From a virus: DNA of 64,000 nucleotides. A program made the translations under genes and the position numbers. Numbering within the stretch: the first letter of the stretch is position 1; every line of letters starts with the position of its first letter. The notes beneath the pieces are model-generated. The model made no database searches. It was given only the letters and a program-made list of their open reading frames with translations, and was not told the origin of the DNA. Location: the IMG/VR virus record IMGVR_UViG_3300045988_076381. The stretch is one strand, 5' to 3'. Positions 18,241 through 27,562 of this stretch are shown one piece after another.

Positions 18241-18268
18241 TATTAAATAAGGGAGATTTCTCTCCCTT
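18241..18268 (-). terminator. hairpin terminator candidate
   Basis: Minus strand AAGGGAGA-GAAA-UCUCCCUU then AUUUAAUA, 19 nt after the stop of 18287..19237. Confidence 0.5.
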
Positions 18269-18286
18269 ATGATGTTAATATTTAAA

Positions 18287-19237
18287 TTAAGCAGGAGTTA
18301 CAGTTGTTGAAGACGGACATCCACACCCATTATTGCATCCGTATCCGTTATTATATCCATAGGGATAAGCTTGGTAAGCAGGAACTGGTCTCGGAGGAAT
18401 TATACATTCGAGATAGTCCAATTTAGCGGTAATAGGATTAATTAAAGCTTGTAAAGCGTTATATTGCTGTAAGGTCTGAACACTGTTATTCAATTCAGCA
18501 TTTCTAGTTTGAAGAGCTTCGATCTTGTAATCACACATCATGTCTTTAATAGACTGGAATCCTTGGTTAATAGCTATAGTCTGTGCATCTATTTTAGATC
18601 CTACATTAGCAAAACCTTGGTTCATGTTATTATTTATATTACAAGTTTGTTCCTGACAACGTAATTGTTCCTGATAACCTAAACTAGTTAAATTTAAATT
18701 AACAGCATCTATTGATCTCTGAGTAGAGCAGCAACATTGATTAATAGCTTGTTCTATAGAACATCCAGTAGATTGAACAGTACTTAAGATAGCACTATTA
18801 GATGCACAGATTTGATTGATTATATCTTTCTGACCAAGACCTACAGTCTGACCAACCTGATTAATAGCATTCTGAATTGCGTTAGTATCACAATTTAACT
18901 GAGTAGCTAAATTCTGTACAAAATTCACATTATCTCTAGATGCAGAATTAATAGCAGTTAGTAAGTATTCATTAGATAATGCTGACTGTACTTCCGGAGT
19001 TCCAAAACCAGCACCGAATCCATTACGCCCAAAGCCACCAAAACCACCATTACAGAAAGCTAGGATAAAAATAAGCCAAACAGCCCATTGACCTCCCCAA
19101 CCATCATTATTATTTCCATCTTTAGATAAAGCTAAAAGACCTGCTAAATCATTTATTCCACTACCAGACTTTCCAGCTTCTGGAATAAAATTAAAAATAT
19201 TAGGCATTCCACTGCCCATTTCGGTAAAATTTGCCAT
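18287..19237 (-). CDS. membrane-anchored Cys/Gln/Asn-rich protein
   Basis: 316 aa. One TM helix (WAVWLIFILAFC), Gly-rich linker, then a long Q/N/C-rich region and a GYGCNNGCGC tail. Confidence 0.6.
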   Translation of the reverse strand: MANFTEMGSGMPNIFNFIPEAGKSGSGINDLAGLLALSKDGNNNDGWGGQWAVWLIFILAFCNGGFGGFGRNGFGAGFGTPEVQSALSNEYLLTAINSASRDNVNFVQNLATQLNCDTNAIQNAINQVGQTVGLGQKDIINQICASNSAILSTVQSTGCSIEQAINQCCCSTQRSIDAVNLNLTSLGYQEQLRCQEQTCNINNNMNQGFANVGSKIDAQTIAINQGFQSIKDMMCDYKIEALQTRNAELNNSVQTLQQYNALQALINPITAKLDYLECIIPPRPVPAYQAYPYGYNNGYGCNNGCGCPSSTTVTPA

Positions 19238-19301
19238 AGATTAAATAAGTTTAAATTAGACATAAAAAAACTATCTTCGCGCTCTGATTGTTTTCATAGC
19301 A

Positions 19302-19309
19302 CAAAGATA
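19302..19309 (-). promoter_or_regulatory. Bacteroidota-type -7 box TATCTTTG
   Basis: Minus-strand TAnnTTTG in the intergenic region upstream of 19237. Confidence 0.35.
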
Positions 19310-19349
19310 GTTAATATATGATTTATTTAAACTTATTTTCTATCTGCAA

Positions 19350-19628
19350 CTAACACATGTGGTATTTTAATTTAAATTCTTTATCATAGTTCTTTAAATA
19401 TTCACATTTATTTACAGCTCTTATTATAGTAGAATGGTGTTTATTATAAATCTTTGATAAACGATAGAAAGAAATTCCATATTTAACATGTAAGAAGTAG
19501 AATAAAATACTTCTTGCATCTGTATGAGATCTAAGCTTTCTATTATCTCTCAATTCTTCTATTGTTATATTGAATATATTAGAGATTATACTTTCTAATT
19601 TATTTATTATTTCTTCCATAGAAATCAT
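19350..19628 (-). CDS. DnaA domain IV-like helix-turn-helix protein
   Basis: 92 aa. RSHTDARSILFYFLHVKYGISFYRLSKIYNKHHSTIIRAVNK resembles the DnaA C-terminal DNA-binding domain. Confidence 0.45.
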   Translation of the reverse strand: MISMEEIINKLESIISNIFNITIEELRDNRKLRSHTDARSILFYFLHVKYGISFYRLSKIYNKHHSTIIRAVNKCEYLKNYDKEFKLKYHMC

Positions 19629-19720
19629 ATTTTAAATTTTATATACACACTCTCTAGTATCAAAACGTATATATAAGCTATCATATCTATGGAAATCATA
19701 GTAGATAAATTATAAAATTA

Positions 19721-22700
19721 TTATATTAATTTTTGTATTAAAGAAGTTAAATCATTTAATCTAGTATTTAAAGAGTTGATATCTTCTTTAAATTTCTTTC
19801 TTTCTTCTTCTCTTAATCTATGTTCTTCTTTTAAAGCTTTTTGTAGTACTACTGTATATCTTTCATATGAGAAAGTTTTTGTTCCATCCTCCATCTCATG
19901 TACTAATTCCGGAATTTTATCTTCCCAATATTGTGCTGAGGTACCTATAGAGGTAGTTGTTTCATCCTTCCAGTTATATGTAAATTCTGGAGCATTGAGG
20001 ACTTTATTTAAAGTATCATCTGGTAAAGAATTAAAATTAGATTTGAATCTTATATCTGATGTAGATTGTAACCCTGCTCCAGCTGAACATACTACATGCT
20101 TCGTAAAAGTAATCTCGGATTGAGAATTAATTTTTGACATAATAGTAGCAGCTGTCTCAGCACTTGGAATAGAAGGCCTGTTACTTAAATCATTATAACT
20201 TCCGGATGTAGCTACGGTAGCAAATGATGGTTTACTTGTGACTTCACTCCAAGATGGCCAACGAGTCACATAAGCTGAGGGTGCAGCCTTTAACAAAGCA
20301 TCCCAAGAAGCTTGTAGATCACTAATATCAGATAAAGGATGTGTGTGACTTGACGGAGTAAAGGTACTTGGTTTACTTGTTATCTCAGACCAAGAATAAG
20401 AAGGCTTACTTGGTGCTTTTGCCCACGCATACACATCAGAAGCAGGCATTGAAGACGGAAAATCTGTTATCTGAGACTTGGCATGTGTATGACTAGAGGG
20501 TGCGGCTTCAATAAGCGTTCTTACCTCAGAAGGTGCAATATCTCTAAATACTTTGCATCCATTTACTAATGTTTTATCAATACCCACAAGATGTGATGCT
20601 GTAGAAGCAGTTAATCCATATCCATTATAAGCAAGCTGGATGTTATTGCTACCCCCACCTGAATCCAATATATATGTTGCCGGACCCCCAGCACTAGGAG
20701 AAGCAGCATAATTATGGGTATGAGAACTAGCAGCTGCCCCAATAGCAGCAGGAGTGATATTCACAGTTTTAGCTGCATTAGGAGCATATGTGGTATTAGT
20801 AGATCCGTTGAATTTGATAGTTAATGCTGCTATGTTAGACGTATCTAAAATAGTATATTGTGTACCATTTTTGCAGTGCATTAAATTAGTATTACTTGAT
20901 CGCAGTATCATTTGATCTACCACGGTACCAATTTCTACTTGTGTATTAGTTACTCCATCAACTCCAGCTTGATGGTAGGCTAGTAGAGCATTACCATCTA
21001 TACTTTCTATATAATTTGTGTTAATTCTGGGAACAGTTAACCTTCCAGTAAGAGTACCACCAGTAAGAGGCAAATAACCACTCAAATGAGTAGTAGTAGC
21101 TAACTCCTTCCAAGCTGTGTGTTCATCCTTATTACTTCCTGCTGGTGATCCAGCTCTAACAAACCATCTGTTAGAAGTATAGGTTCCATAGATTTGACTT
21201 GAACCATCATATACTCCGGGAATGACGATAAGAGATCCTGCTTGCTGTATTGGGTATCCTCTGTCTGTAGTAGCATCACTATTAGCTGGTTGAGCAGCCA
21301 TCATCGGAAAATGATTAAACGAACTATTTAAGCTTGTAGTTCCGAGATTCCTTGAGAAATTATAAGAATCAAATATCAGACAATGCACACCATTTCTATA
21401 ATGTAGTAGATCAGAACTATTTGATCTAAATACCAGTTGAGAGTCTGGTGTGCCTACTCCTACTTGTGTATTACTTACTCCAGTCCAATCTGTTGGATGA
21501 TAACTCAATAATCCGAGTTGCTCACGAGTAGTCGATATTGAATCTACATTTAACTTATTATAAATAATTACAGGAACATTTGTACCTGACGGCCCTCCTA
21601 CTACAATCCTATTATCGGATCCCATGTATATCCCTTCCACCCATGTTCCTCCGGTCTGCTTAAAAAGAATCCCATAAGTATTAGATAATACAGGCCTTCC
21701 ATCTGCAGTTATAGACATTTGCCCTCTGCCATTATAAGGATAGTATACAGTACTTAAATCTGATATATCATCTTTAAAAGCTAATTCTTTATACCAAGTA
21801 ATCTTTCCACTGTCCCCACCTCCAATAACAGCTTTCATAATATTACCTTCGTGTGCTACACTAAGGTAAGCATGAGTATCCCCGATGGCCCATCCTAAAG
21901 AGGCAGCATGAGCTCCGGCAGTTCCTAGGTCTGCCGAACCACTTCTGAAAGGCACTACCCAAGAAACACCGGAATTTGACCCCCAGATAGTTTCTGGAAA
22001 CTTATTTATAAGATTATCCCCAAAAGATGAAGAGGAAACTGATTTTATTCTAGTAGCTTTAGGAGTCCCTATAATATTTCCCTCTAAAGTGTAATTTAAT
22101 AAAAGTTCTTCTACATTTAAGTTACTAGTATCATAGACTGTGTACTCAGCACCATTCTTATAATGTTTTATATCATTGTCTCCTATAGTATGAATCGTAG
22201 TCTGTGAATTCTGATCATTTCCGGAAGTAATTATTCCAGATTTAATATTTCCATTAACATCAGTATACCCTAATCTAGTGACATAACTATTTCCGGAATT
22301 ATCTATATTTAATAATGCAGTATTGCCTAAATCACCTCCTATTAAAGTTTCATAATCCCCGAAGCTTCCTAGATATAAAGAAGTACCATTAGTACTATTC
22401 CTCATAAATAAAGCCCATGCATTTTCTCCAGTATCAGTCTTATTTACTAACGCGGAAGTTGGAGAAAAATATAAAGGACCAGTTAAAGCATTTGTAGATC
22501 CGGCACTTAGAGGTAAGTAATGACCAACTAAAGATTCTACGGTAGCAAAGGGTTTTCCATCTTTATCACAGAAATTTCCCCACATTGGAAAATTAACATG
22601 TAATGGAGTATATGTTGAATTAAGATTATATGTAACACTTCCATCAGATCCTGTAGTTTCAGTAATTTCTATAGTATTTTGTTCAATATCTGGGACATTA

Positions 22701-25672
22701 CTACTAGAAGATATAGAGAATCCCCCATTTACATAATGTAATGTTAATTTCTTATTAGGGTCATTTGGATTAACAACTACGAGACTATCAAATCCATCTA
22801 TAGAAGTAATAACATTGGTATTACTATCCCAAGCTAAATATTTCTTATTTAAATTCCAATAATTAGCAAATACTATCTGAGATAAATCGGAGGTTCTAAA
22901 TCCAGTAGGAATTATTATACTAACACTAAATCCTAATTCCAGAGAATTTGTCTTGATTAAAGAACGATCCCGAGAAGGGATAAATTGTATAGTATCACCA
23001 GCTATATCAAATGTAAAACTATCAGTACCTCCATAAAATTGACAACTTTGATCTTTAAATCCAATATATGAATCTAGAATAATAGGATTAGTAAATCCTA
23101 AGGCTTTATGTGAGCTAGTTAATATATCTAATATAGGAATTTTATAAACAGCCTCTCTTGTCAAAGTAACTCTTGGAGATATAACAAGATTCCATGCATT
23201 TGATGCTTTAAGCCCTGCAATATCAAAATTCCCATTTTGGGTTGATAATTTAACTTGATTATCAACATCATCAATACTAGGGAAAAAATCTAATCCTCCT
23301 TTATCAGTATATACAGCATTTAAGGCTTTGATTGTTTTTTTATCCGAATCGTATTGTAAAAACATTCTATCCGATATATCAGGATCGATAAAAGCTAGTT
23401 CGTATCCATCATCTCTTTTAAAAGTTGAAGCCCAAATTTCTTTATCAAATACATATTTAGTAGCAGAAGGACTAGATTTAAATAAAATATCATCTAAAAC
23501 CCTTAAACTTAAATATTTATCATTAGTATCTCCATATTGTAGATATAAATCATTATCAACTCTTTTAAATATAATATCTGTATCTTTCTCAGATAGATTT
23601 TGTAATGCAAACCTTAAAGCCAATTGAATTGGAACAGTACTAGTAGTTTGTGCTCTTTTAAATGTAGAATTCCAGGTTAAGAAAGCACCATCTACCATAT
23701 CAGGTTCATTATCTCGAAGCATTAAAGGGAATTGATTTCCCTCAGTACCACATTTAAATCTATCATCAGATTCATCAAAGATAATAAAATAATTCGGAAG
23801 TTTTCCTCTATCAATCTCCAATCCAGAGATTCCTTTAGTGACGCCTTCACCTTGTTCTCCACTATTTAAAGTAAGAATATTATCAGTTACTTTTACTTCT
23901 TCTGTATCTATAATGAAAGCACTTCCACCAAATACTATATCCTCTTTAATAGTTAAATTTCTAACTATTAAATCTCCATATTCTGTATCATCCTCATTTC
24001 TAACACTAAATCCTTCTTTTTCATTCTTCAATATCTGATCTCCTATTTTCCATGTTTTAGATGGTGTTCCTTCATATGTAAGAGGAGTTCCATTAACATC
24101 CTTTAATCCTTGTATTACATTGAAATCTGTTGAAGTAATAGATCCGGCAATGGTAGATGTAGCCATTGGGAGAGAATAATATTTATCTTCGTAGGTATTT
24201 AAAAAGGGATTATATGATTGATAATGTATAATTGCTTGAGTTGCAGATGTTGTGTCGGTATCTATTAAATCTGTTAGATATTTAACTACATTATCTAGTT
24301 TCCCTTTATCAGATGAAGACATTACTCCCGCTTTTTCCGAAGTGGCAGATTTAAATACTATCTGTACTGGTTCTTCTACTCCAGTTTGTGGGTTATTAGT
24401 AACTAAATTTAATATAACAGAATTAGAGTTGTACGTATTATCAGATACAGCTTGGACAATAGAAGAAATATTTCCTAATTTATTCTTCTCCATTGCTGTG
24501 ATTAATCCGGCAGTAGATGAGGTAGCAGCATCTAATACTAAATATTTAGACGTTACTTTTTTAGATATAGGATCATATATAGGAAATATTATTTGTAGAT
24601 CTTGTCCAGTATATTCTTTAGTAGGATCTCCTGTGTAATAACTCTTTAGCGAATCTATATAATCCTTATATTTAGGAGACATTAATCCGGATATTGCAGA
24701 AGATACATCAGGGAAGCTAAGTATCTTAGAACTAGATTCTCCAATAGTAGGATCTTTAGTAGTCACTTTAAGAGAAGCTCTATTATTAGCCTCAGCATAC
24801 TCTACATTTTCTACATAATCAAAGATTTGATTTATTTTAAATATCTGAGAAGTATCTAATAAATCCTTTCCAGGAGCGACATCTACTTTTTTATTTAATA
24901 ACTCCTGTACTTCTTCTTTTGTGTATATATTATTAGTAACAGTATTTAATAATCTAGAAAGATTTAAACAAGCCTCCTTAGACATTAAACCATTCTGATT
25001 TATATTAGCCTCCCGAATTGGTAAGGATTTAGTTCCATCACTACTAACTATATCTAACACTAAAGTATCAGCTCCAGAAAATGATATTTCTTTTACATAT
25101 TTAGTAATTGAATCTAATTTAGTTTTATCCTCCTTACTAAATAATCCGGGAGTGGTTGGTGAAGCGACAGGAAGTGTAACACCATCCCCAGAAGAATTTA
25201 ATATCTGAATATTATCTTGATTTATTTTCATACTTAAATGGATAGTAGAAATATCTACTAAAGCTCCATTATTATATCTATACTCTTTTGAATCCTTTTT
25301 ATTAAAGAACTCATATCCATCTTTTAATTGTATTCTATCCCAATATTTAAGAGTATCTCTCCAAGTACAATGGTAATATTTATCCTCTACTCTTAATATA
25401 TAAGATACTCCACTTTCAGCATTGCTTGGAATATTATCTACTATATCTTCTACGGGACTTAAATGTGTAGGTTCTGAAACATCATTTAATTGAAGAATGT
25501 CTGTGGATATGACAACATCTGGAGATTGTTTGATTATAAGTTTTTTGGTGATAGGATTAAATTCTATTTCTTTTATCCTAAAATCCTCTACTCTCTTATC
25601 AAAACAAGATTCAGGTGTTATATTATATATCTTACTTTCACATCCACTGGAATTTTGTGCTTTGGTAATCAT
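19721..25672 (-). CDS. giant tail fibre (1983 aa) with S74 chaperone C-terminus
   Basis: Six N-terminal xGLMSxxDKxKLDxI-type repeats, three (A/P)SSHTH repeats, C-terminal STSDIRFKSNF...FTYNWKDE...FSYERYT chaperone domain homologous to that of 14079..16463. Confidence 0.85.
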   Translation of the reverse strand: MITKAQNSSGCESKIYNITPESCFDKRVEDFRIKEIEFNPITKKLIIKQSPDVVISTDILQLNDVSEPTHLSPVEDIVDNIPSNAESGVSYILRVEDKYYHCTWRDTLKYWDRIQLKDGYEFFNKKDSKEYRYNNGALVDISTIHLSMKINQDNIQILNSSGDGVTLPVASPTTPGLFSKEDKTKLDSITKYVKEISFSGADTLVLDIVSSDGTKSLPIREANINQNGLMSKEACLNLSRLLNTVTNNIYTKEEVQELLNKKVDVAPGKDLLDTSQIFKINQIFDYVENVEYAEANNRASLKVTTKDPTIGESSSKILSFPDVSSAISGLMSPKYKDYIDSLKSYYTGDPTKEYTGQDLQIIFPIYDPISKKVTSKYLVLDAATSSTAGLITAMEKNKLGNISSIVQAVSDNTYNSNSVILNLVTNNPQTGVEEPVQIVFKSATSEKAGVMSSSDKGKLDNVVKYLTDLIDTDTTSATQAIIHYQSYNPFLNTYEDKYYSLPMATSTIAGSITSTDFNVIQGLKDVNGTPLTYEGTPSKTWKIGDQILKNEKEGFSVRNEDDTEYGDLIVRNLTIKEDIVFGGSAFIIDTEEVKVTDNILTLNSGEQGEGVTKGISGLEIDRGKLPNYFIIFDESDDRFKCGTEGNQFPLMLRDNEPDMVDGAFLTWNSTFKRAQTTSTVPIQLALRFALQNLSEKDTDIIFKRVDNDLYLQYGDTNDKYLSLRVLDDILFKSSPSATKYVFDKEIWASTFKRDDGYELAFIDPDISDRMFLQYDSDKKTIKALNAVYTDKGGLDFFPSIDDVDNQVKLSTQNGNFDIAGLKASNAWNLVISPRVTLTREAVYKIPILDILTSSHKALGFTNPIILDSYIGFKDQSCQFYGGTDSFTFDIAGDTIQFIPSRDRSLIKTNSLELGFSVSIIIPTGFRTSDLSQIVFANYWNLNKKYLAWDSNTNVITSIDGFDSLVVVNPNDPNKKLTLHYVNGGFSISSSSNVPDIEQNTIEITETTGSDGSVTYNLNSTYTPLHVNFPMWGNFCDKDGKPFATVESLVGHYLPLSAGSTNALTGPLYFSPTSALVNKTDTGENAWALFMRNSTNGTSLYLGSFGDYETLIGGDLGNTALLNIDNSGNSYVTRLGYTDVNGNIKSGIITSGNDQNSQTTIHTIGDNDIKHYKNGAEYTVYDTSNLNVEELLLNYTLEGNIIGTPKATRIKSVSSSSFGDNLINKFPETIWGSNSGVSWVVPFRSGSADLGTAGAHAASLGWAIGDTHAYLSVAHEGNIMKAVIGGGDSGKITWYKELAFKDDISDLSTVYYPYNGRGQMSITADGRPVLSNTYGILFKQTGGTWVEGIYMGSDNRIVVGGPSGTNVPVIIYNKLNVDSISTTREQLGLLSYHPTDWTGVSNTQVGVGTPDSQLVFRSNSSDLLHYRNGVHCLIFDSYNFSRNLGTTSLNSSFNHFPMMAAQPANSDATTDRGYPIQQAGSLIVIPGVYDGSSQIYGTYTSNRWFVRAGSPAGSNKDEHTAWKELATTTHLSGYLPLTGGTLTGRLTVPRINTNYIESIDGNALLAYHQAGVDGVTNTQVEIGTVVDQMILRSSNTNLMHCKNGTQYTILDTSNIAALTIKFNGSTNTTYAPNAAKTVNITPAAIGAAASSHTHNYAASPSAGGPATYILDSGGGSNNIQLAYNGYGLTASTASHLVGIDKTLVNGCKVFRDIAPSEVRTLIEAAPSSHTHAKSQITDFPSSMPASDVYAWAKAPSKPSYSWSEITSKPSTFTPSSHTHPLSDISDLQASWDALLKAAPSAYVTRWPSWSEVTSKPSFATVATSGSYNDLSNRPSIPSAETAATIMSKINSQSEITFTKHVVCSAGAGLQSTSDIRFKSNFNSLPDDTLNKVLNAPEFTYNWKDETTTSIGTSAQYWEDKIPELVHEMEDGTKTFSYERYTVVLQKALKEEHRLREEERKKFKEDINSLNTRLNDLTSLIQKLI

Positions 25673-25859
25673 TATTTAAAAAATATTCGATGATTGAATT
25701 AAATAGCGAGTCTTTTATACAATCTATTTCATTATATTTGAGGAATAAAACTTCTTCAACTATGAAACTTTCATCTATATAATTACCGTATTGATATTCT
25801 TCTATTAAGGAGTGGTAGTCCTTAATTGCTTTTTCTAGTAATTGATTTATTTTATCCAT
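25638..25859 (-). CDS. hypothetical small protein
   Basis: 73-aa ORF overlapping the fibre start by 35 nt. Confidence 0.4.
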   Translation of the reverse strand: MDKINQLLEKAIKDYHSLIEEYQYGNYIDESFIVEEVLFLKYNEIDCIKDSLFNSIIEYFLNNDYQSTKFQWM

Positions 25860-25880
25860 AATTAATATTTTACGTAATAT

Positions 25881-26762
25881 TTATCTCCATTCCTCTGGGA
25901 TATCATAATAATTTGGTATTGAAGAACAATTCTCAAAACAATGTATTCCATTTATTATTCTAGGAAATTCATCATAACTTGTACGTTCCCATAATTCTAT
26001 ATTATTAATTCCAGAAGGAGTTATTGATATATTACATTGCTTAAAACAACTACCAAAATTAGCTATCTTAAAGCAATTATCAAATAAATTATTTGAAATT
26101 TGAGAAAGATTATAACAATAACAAAAACAATATCTAACAGTTTCTACTTCTGGAGTATATTGAAACAAATCCTCAGGTATAGTTTTTAAATTAGAGCACA
26201 TATACCAACACTCCTCAAAACTAGTTATTTTATTATTATTAATAAATAATTTTTCTGGAATATAGGTTAATGAGTCACAGCCAGCAAAACAGCCCTCTAT
26301 ATATTTAAGATTAGGGAAATAAATAAATAGTTCTTTTGGAATCTCAGATAATAGTTGACAATTTCTAAATATATTTATAATACTAATTACATTTGAACAA
26401 CCTTTAAATAAATCCTCACTTACTTTATATAAATTAAAACATCCATAAAAACATCCAGTTAAATTAGTCTGTAATGGTATAAATTTAACATAAATTTTAT
26501 GCCTTCCAGGATCTTTAAATATTACATCCAAAGCAGAAGTATTTGACTTTTTATTACTTAATAAATCTCTTCCTTTATCATCATAAATATACTCAAAATA
26601 CTCCCATCTATTAGTTATTCTAATAATTTCATTAGAATTTACCGTAGTATATATCAAAGTAGAAGAATCTTCTGGAGGGGACCAAGATACAATGTGAGAA
26701 TTATAATTCTCACACTTATAACTTTGCGATCCTAATATAGTAACTACTTCTGATTTCTTCAT
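25881..26762 (-). CDS. BspA-type leucine-rich repeat protein
   Basis: Repeats of the form CFxGCxNLxxIPxxLF about every 23 aa (CFYGCFNLYKV, CFAGCDSLTYIPEKLF, CWYMCSNLKTIPEDLF...). Confidence 0.7.
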   Translation of the reverse strand: MKKSEVVTILGSQSYKCENYNSHIVSWSPPEDSSTLIYTTVNSNEIIRITNRWEYFEYIYDDKGRDLLSNKKSNTSALDVIFKDPGRHKIYVKFIPLQTNLTGCFYGCFNLYKVSEDLFKGCSNVISIINIFRNCQLLSEIPKELFIYFPNLKYIEGCFAGCDSLTYIPEKLFINNNKITSFEECWYMCSNLKTIPEDLFQYTPEVETVRYCFCYCYNLSQISNNLFDNCFKIANFGSCFKQCNISITPSGINNIELWERTSYDEFPRIINGIHCFENCSSIPNYYDIPEEWR

Positions 26763-27562
26763 TATTTTCTACAATTGCAAGAATTAAATCCAGAGGAGTA
26801 TTTAAGATAGTCATTATTACAAAATCCCCCACAAACCTGAATTTCTTCTATAATTCTCTCTGCTTCGTAATAACTACATTTATCTATTAATCTATGTATT
26901 AATTCTAAAGCTATAAATACCATATTTCTATCTCTAAATACCTGAGAAATATTATTATCATTTTTTATATTACATCTAGTATACAATTTATTATAATAGA
27001 TATATTTTAATTTATTCTCATAACAATATTCTAAATTCCCTAAAAGAAATGTCTCTTCTTCAATCCCTATTATATTAGAGTTAGATTGATTACTATATAA
27101 ATCCATTATAGATACTTTCTTTTCAGTATAACTTCCGGATATAATAGTTATTTCATAGATCTCTACTTCTCCATTTGAAAGTTCTTTCGCGGAATAGAAT
27201 ATTTCCCCTTCCATATTTAAACTAGATGGAGATACTCCATGAACCCATTCGTAATTAGGTAATGCTAAATGATCTATTATATGCCATCCATCTATTTTAG
27301 TAGAATAATTTAATTTATAATCAGTATATTCTTGATCTGAATGACATACATAATAAAAATCAGATACTTTAGGATCTTCAATAGTATTTAAAGTAATCAA
27401 ATCAATAAATACAATATCTTTTGTTCTTAAATAATTAGAAGATATCTGTGATACTTCTGGATAGATACTACTAGTACTTATACCAGTAGTATCCTTCAAT
27501 GTAAATCCAGATATTCCATATTCAGTTAATGAAATGCTTAAATTTAATGAAATATTTTTCAT
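26762..27562 (-). CDS. hypothetical virion-module protein
   Basis: 266-aa ORF with start/stop overlaps to both neighbours. Confidence 0.55.
   Translation of the reverse strand: MKNISLNLSISLTEYGISGFTLKDTTGISTSSIYPEVSQISSNYLRTKDIVFIDLITLNTIEDPKVSDFYYVCHSDQEYTDYKLNYSTKIDGWHIIDHLALPNYEWVHGVSPSSLNMEGEIFYSAKELSNGEVEIYEITIISGSYTEKKVSIMDLYSNQSNSNIIGIEEETFLLGNLEYCYENKLKYIYYNKLYTRCNIKNDNNISQVFRDRNMVFIALELIHRLIDKCSYYEAERIIEEIQVCGGFCNNDYLKYSSGFNSCNCRK

Noticed and set aside
19776-24638. Plus-strand ORFs 19776..20123, 23328..23627, 23838..24038 and 24252..24638, antisense to the 1983-aa fibre gene. The same applies to 25490..25693 and 25497..25679 (antisense to the fibre gene start and the small ORF 25638..25859), and to 88..273, 1611..1832, 6333..6533, 8990..9244, 10008..10400, 13795..14007, 14641..14826, 17055..17434, 28457..28735, 31539..31757 and 36193..36375.
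   Set aside because: All lie inside or antisense to much longer, motif-bearing minus-strand genes or introns. They have Ser/Leu/Phe-rich low-complexity translations typical of antisense frames in AT-rich DNA.
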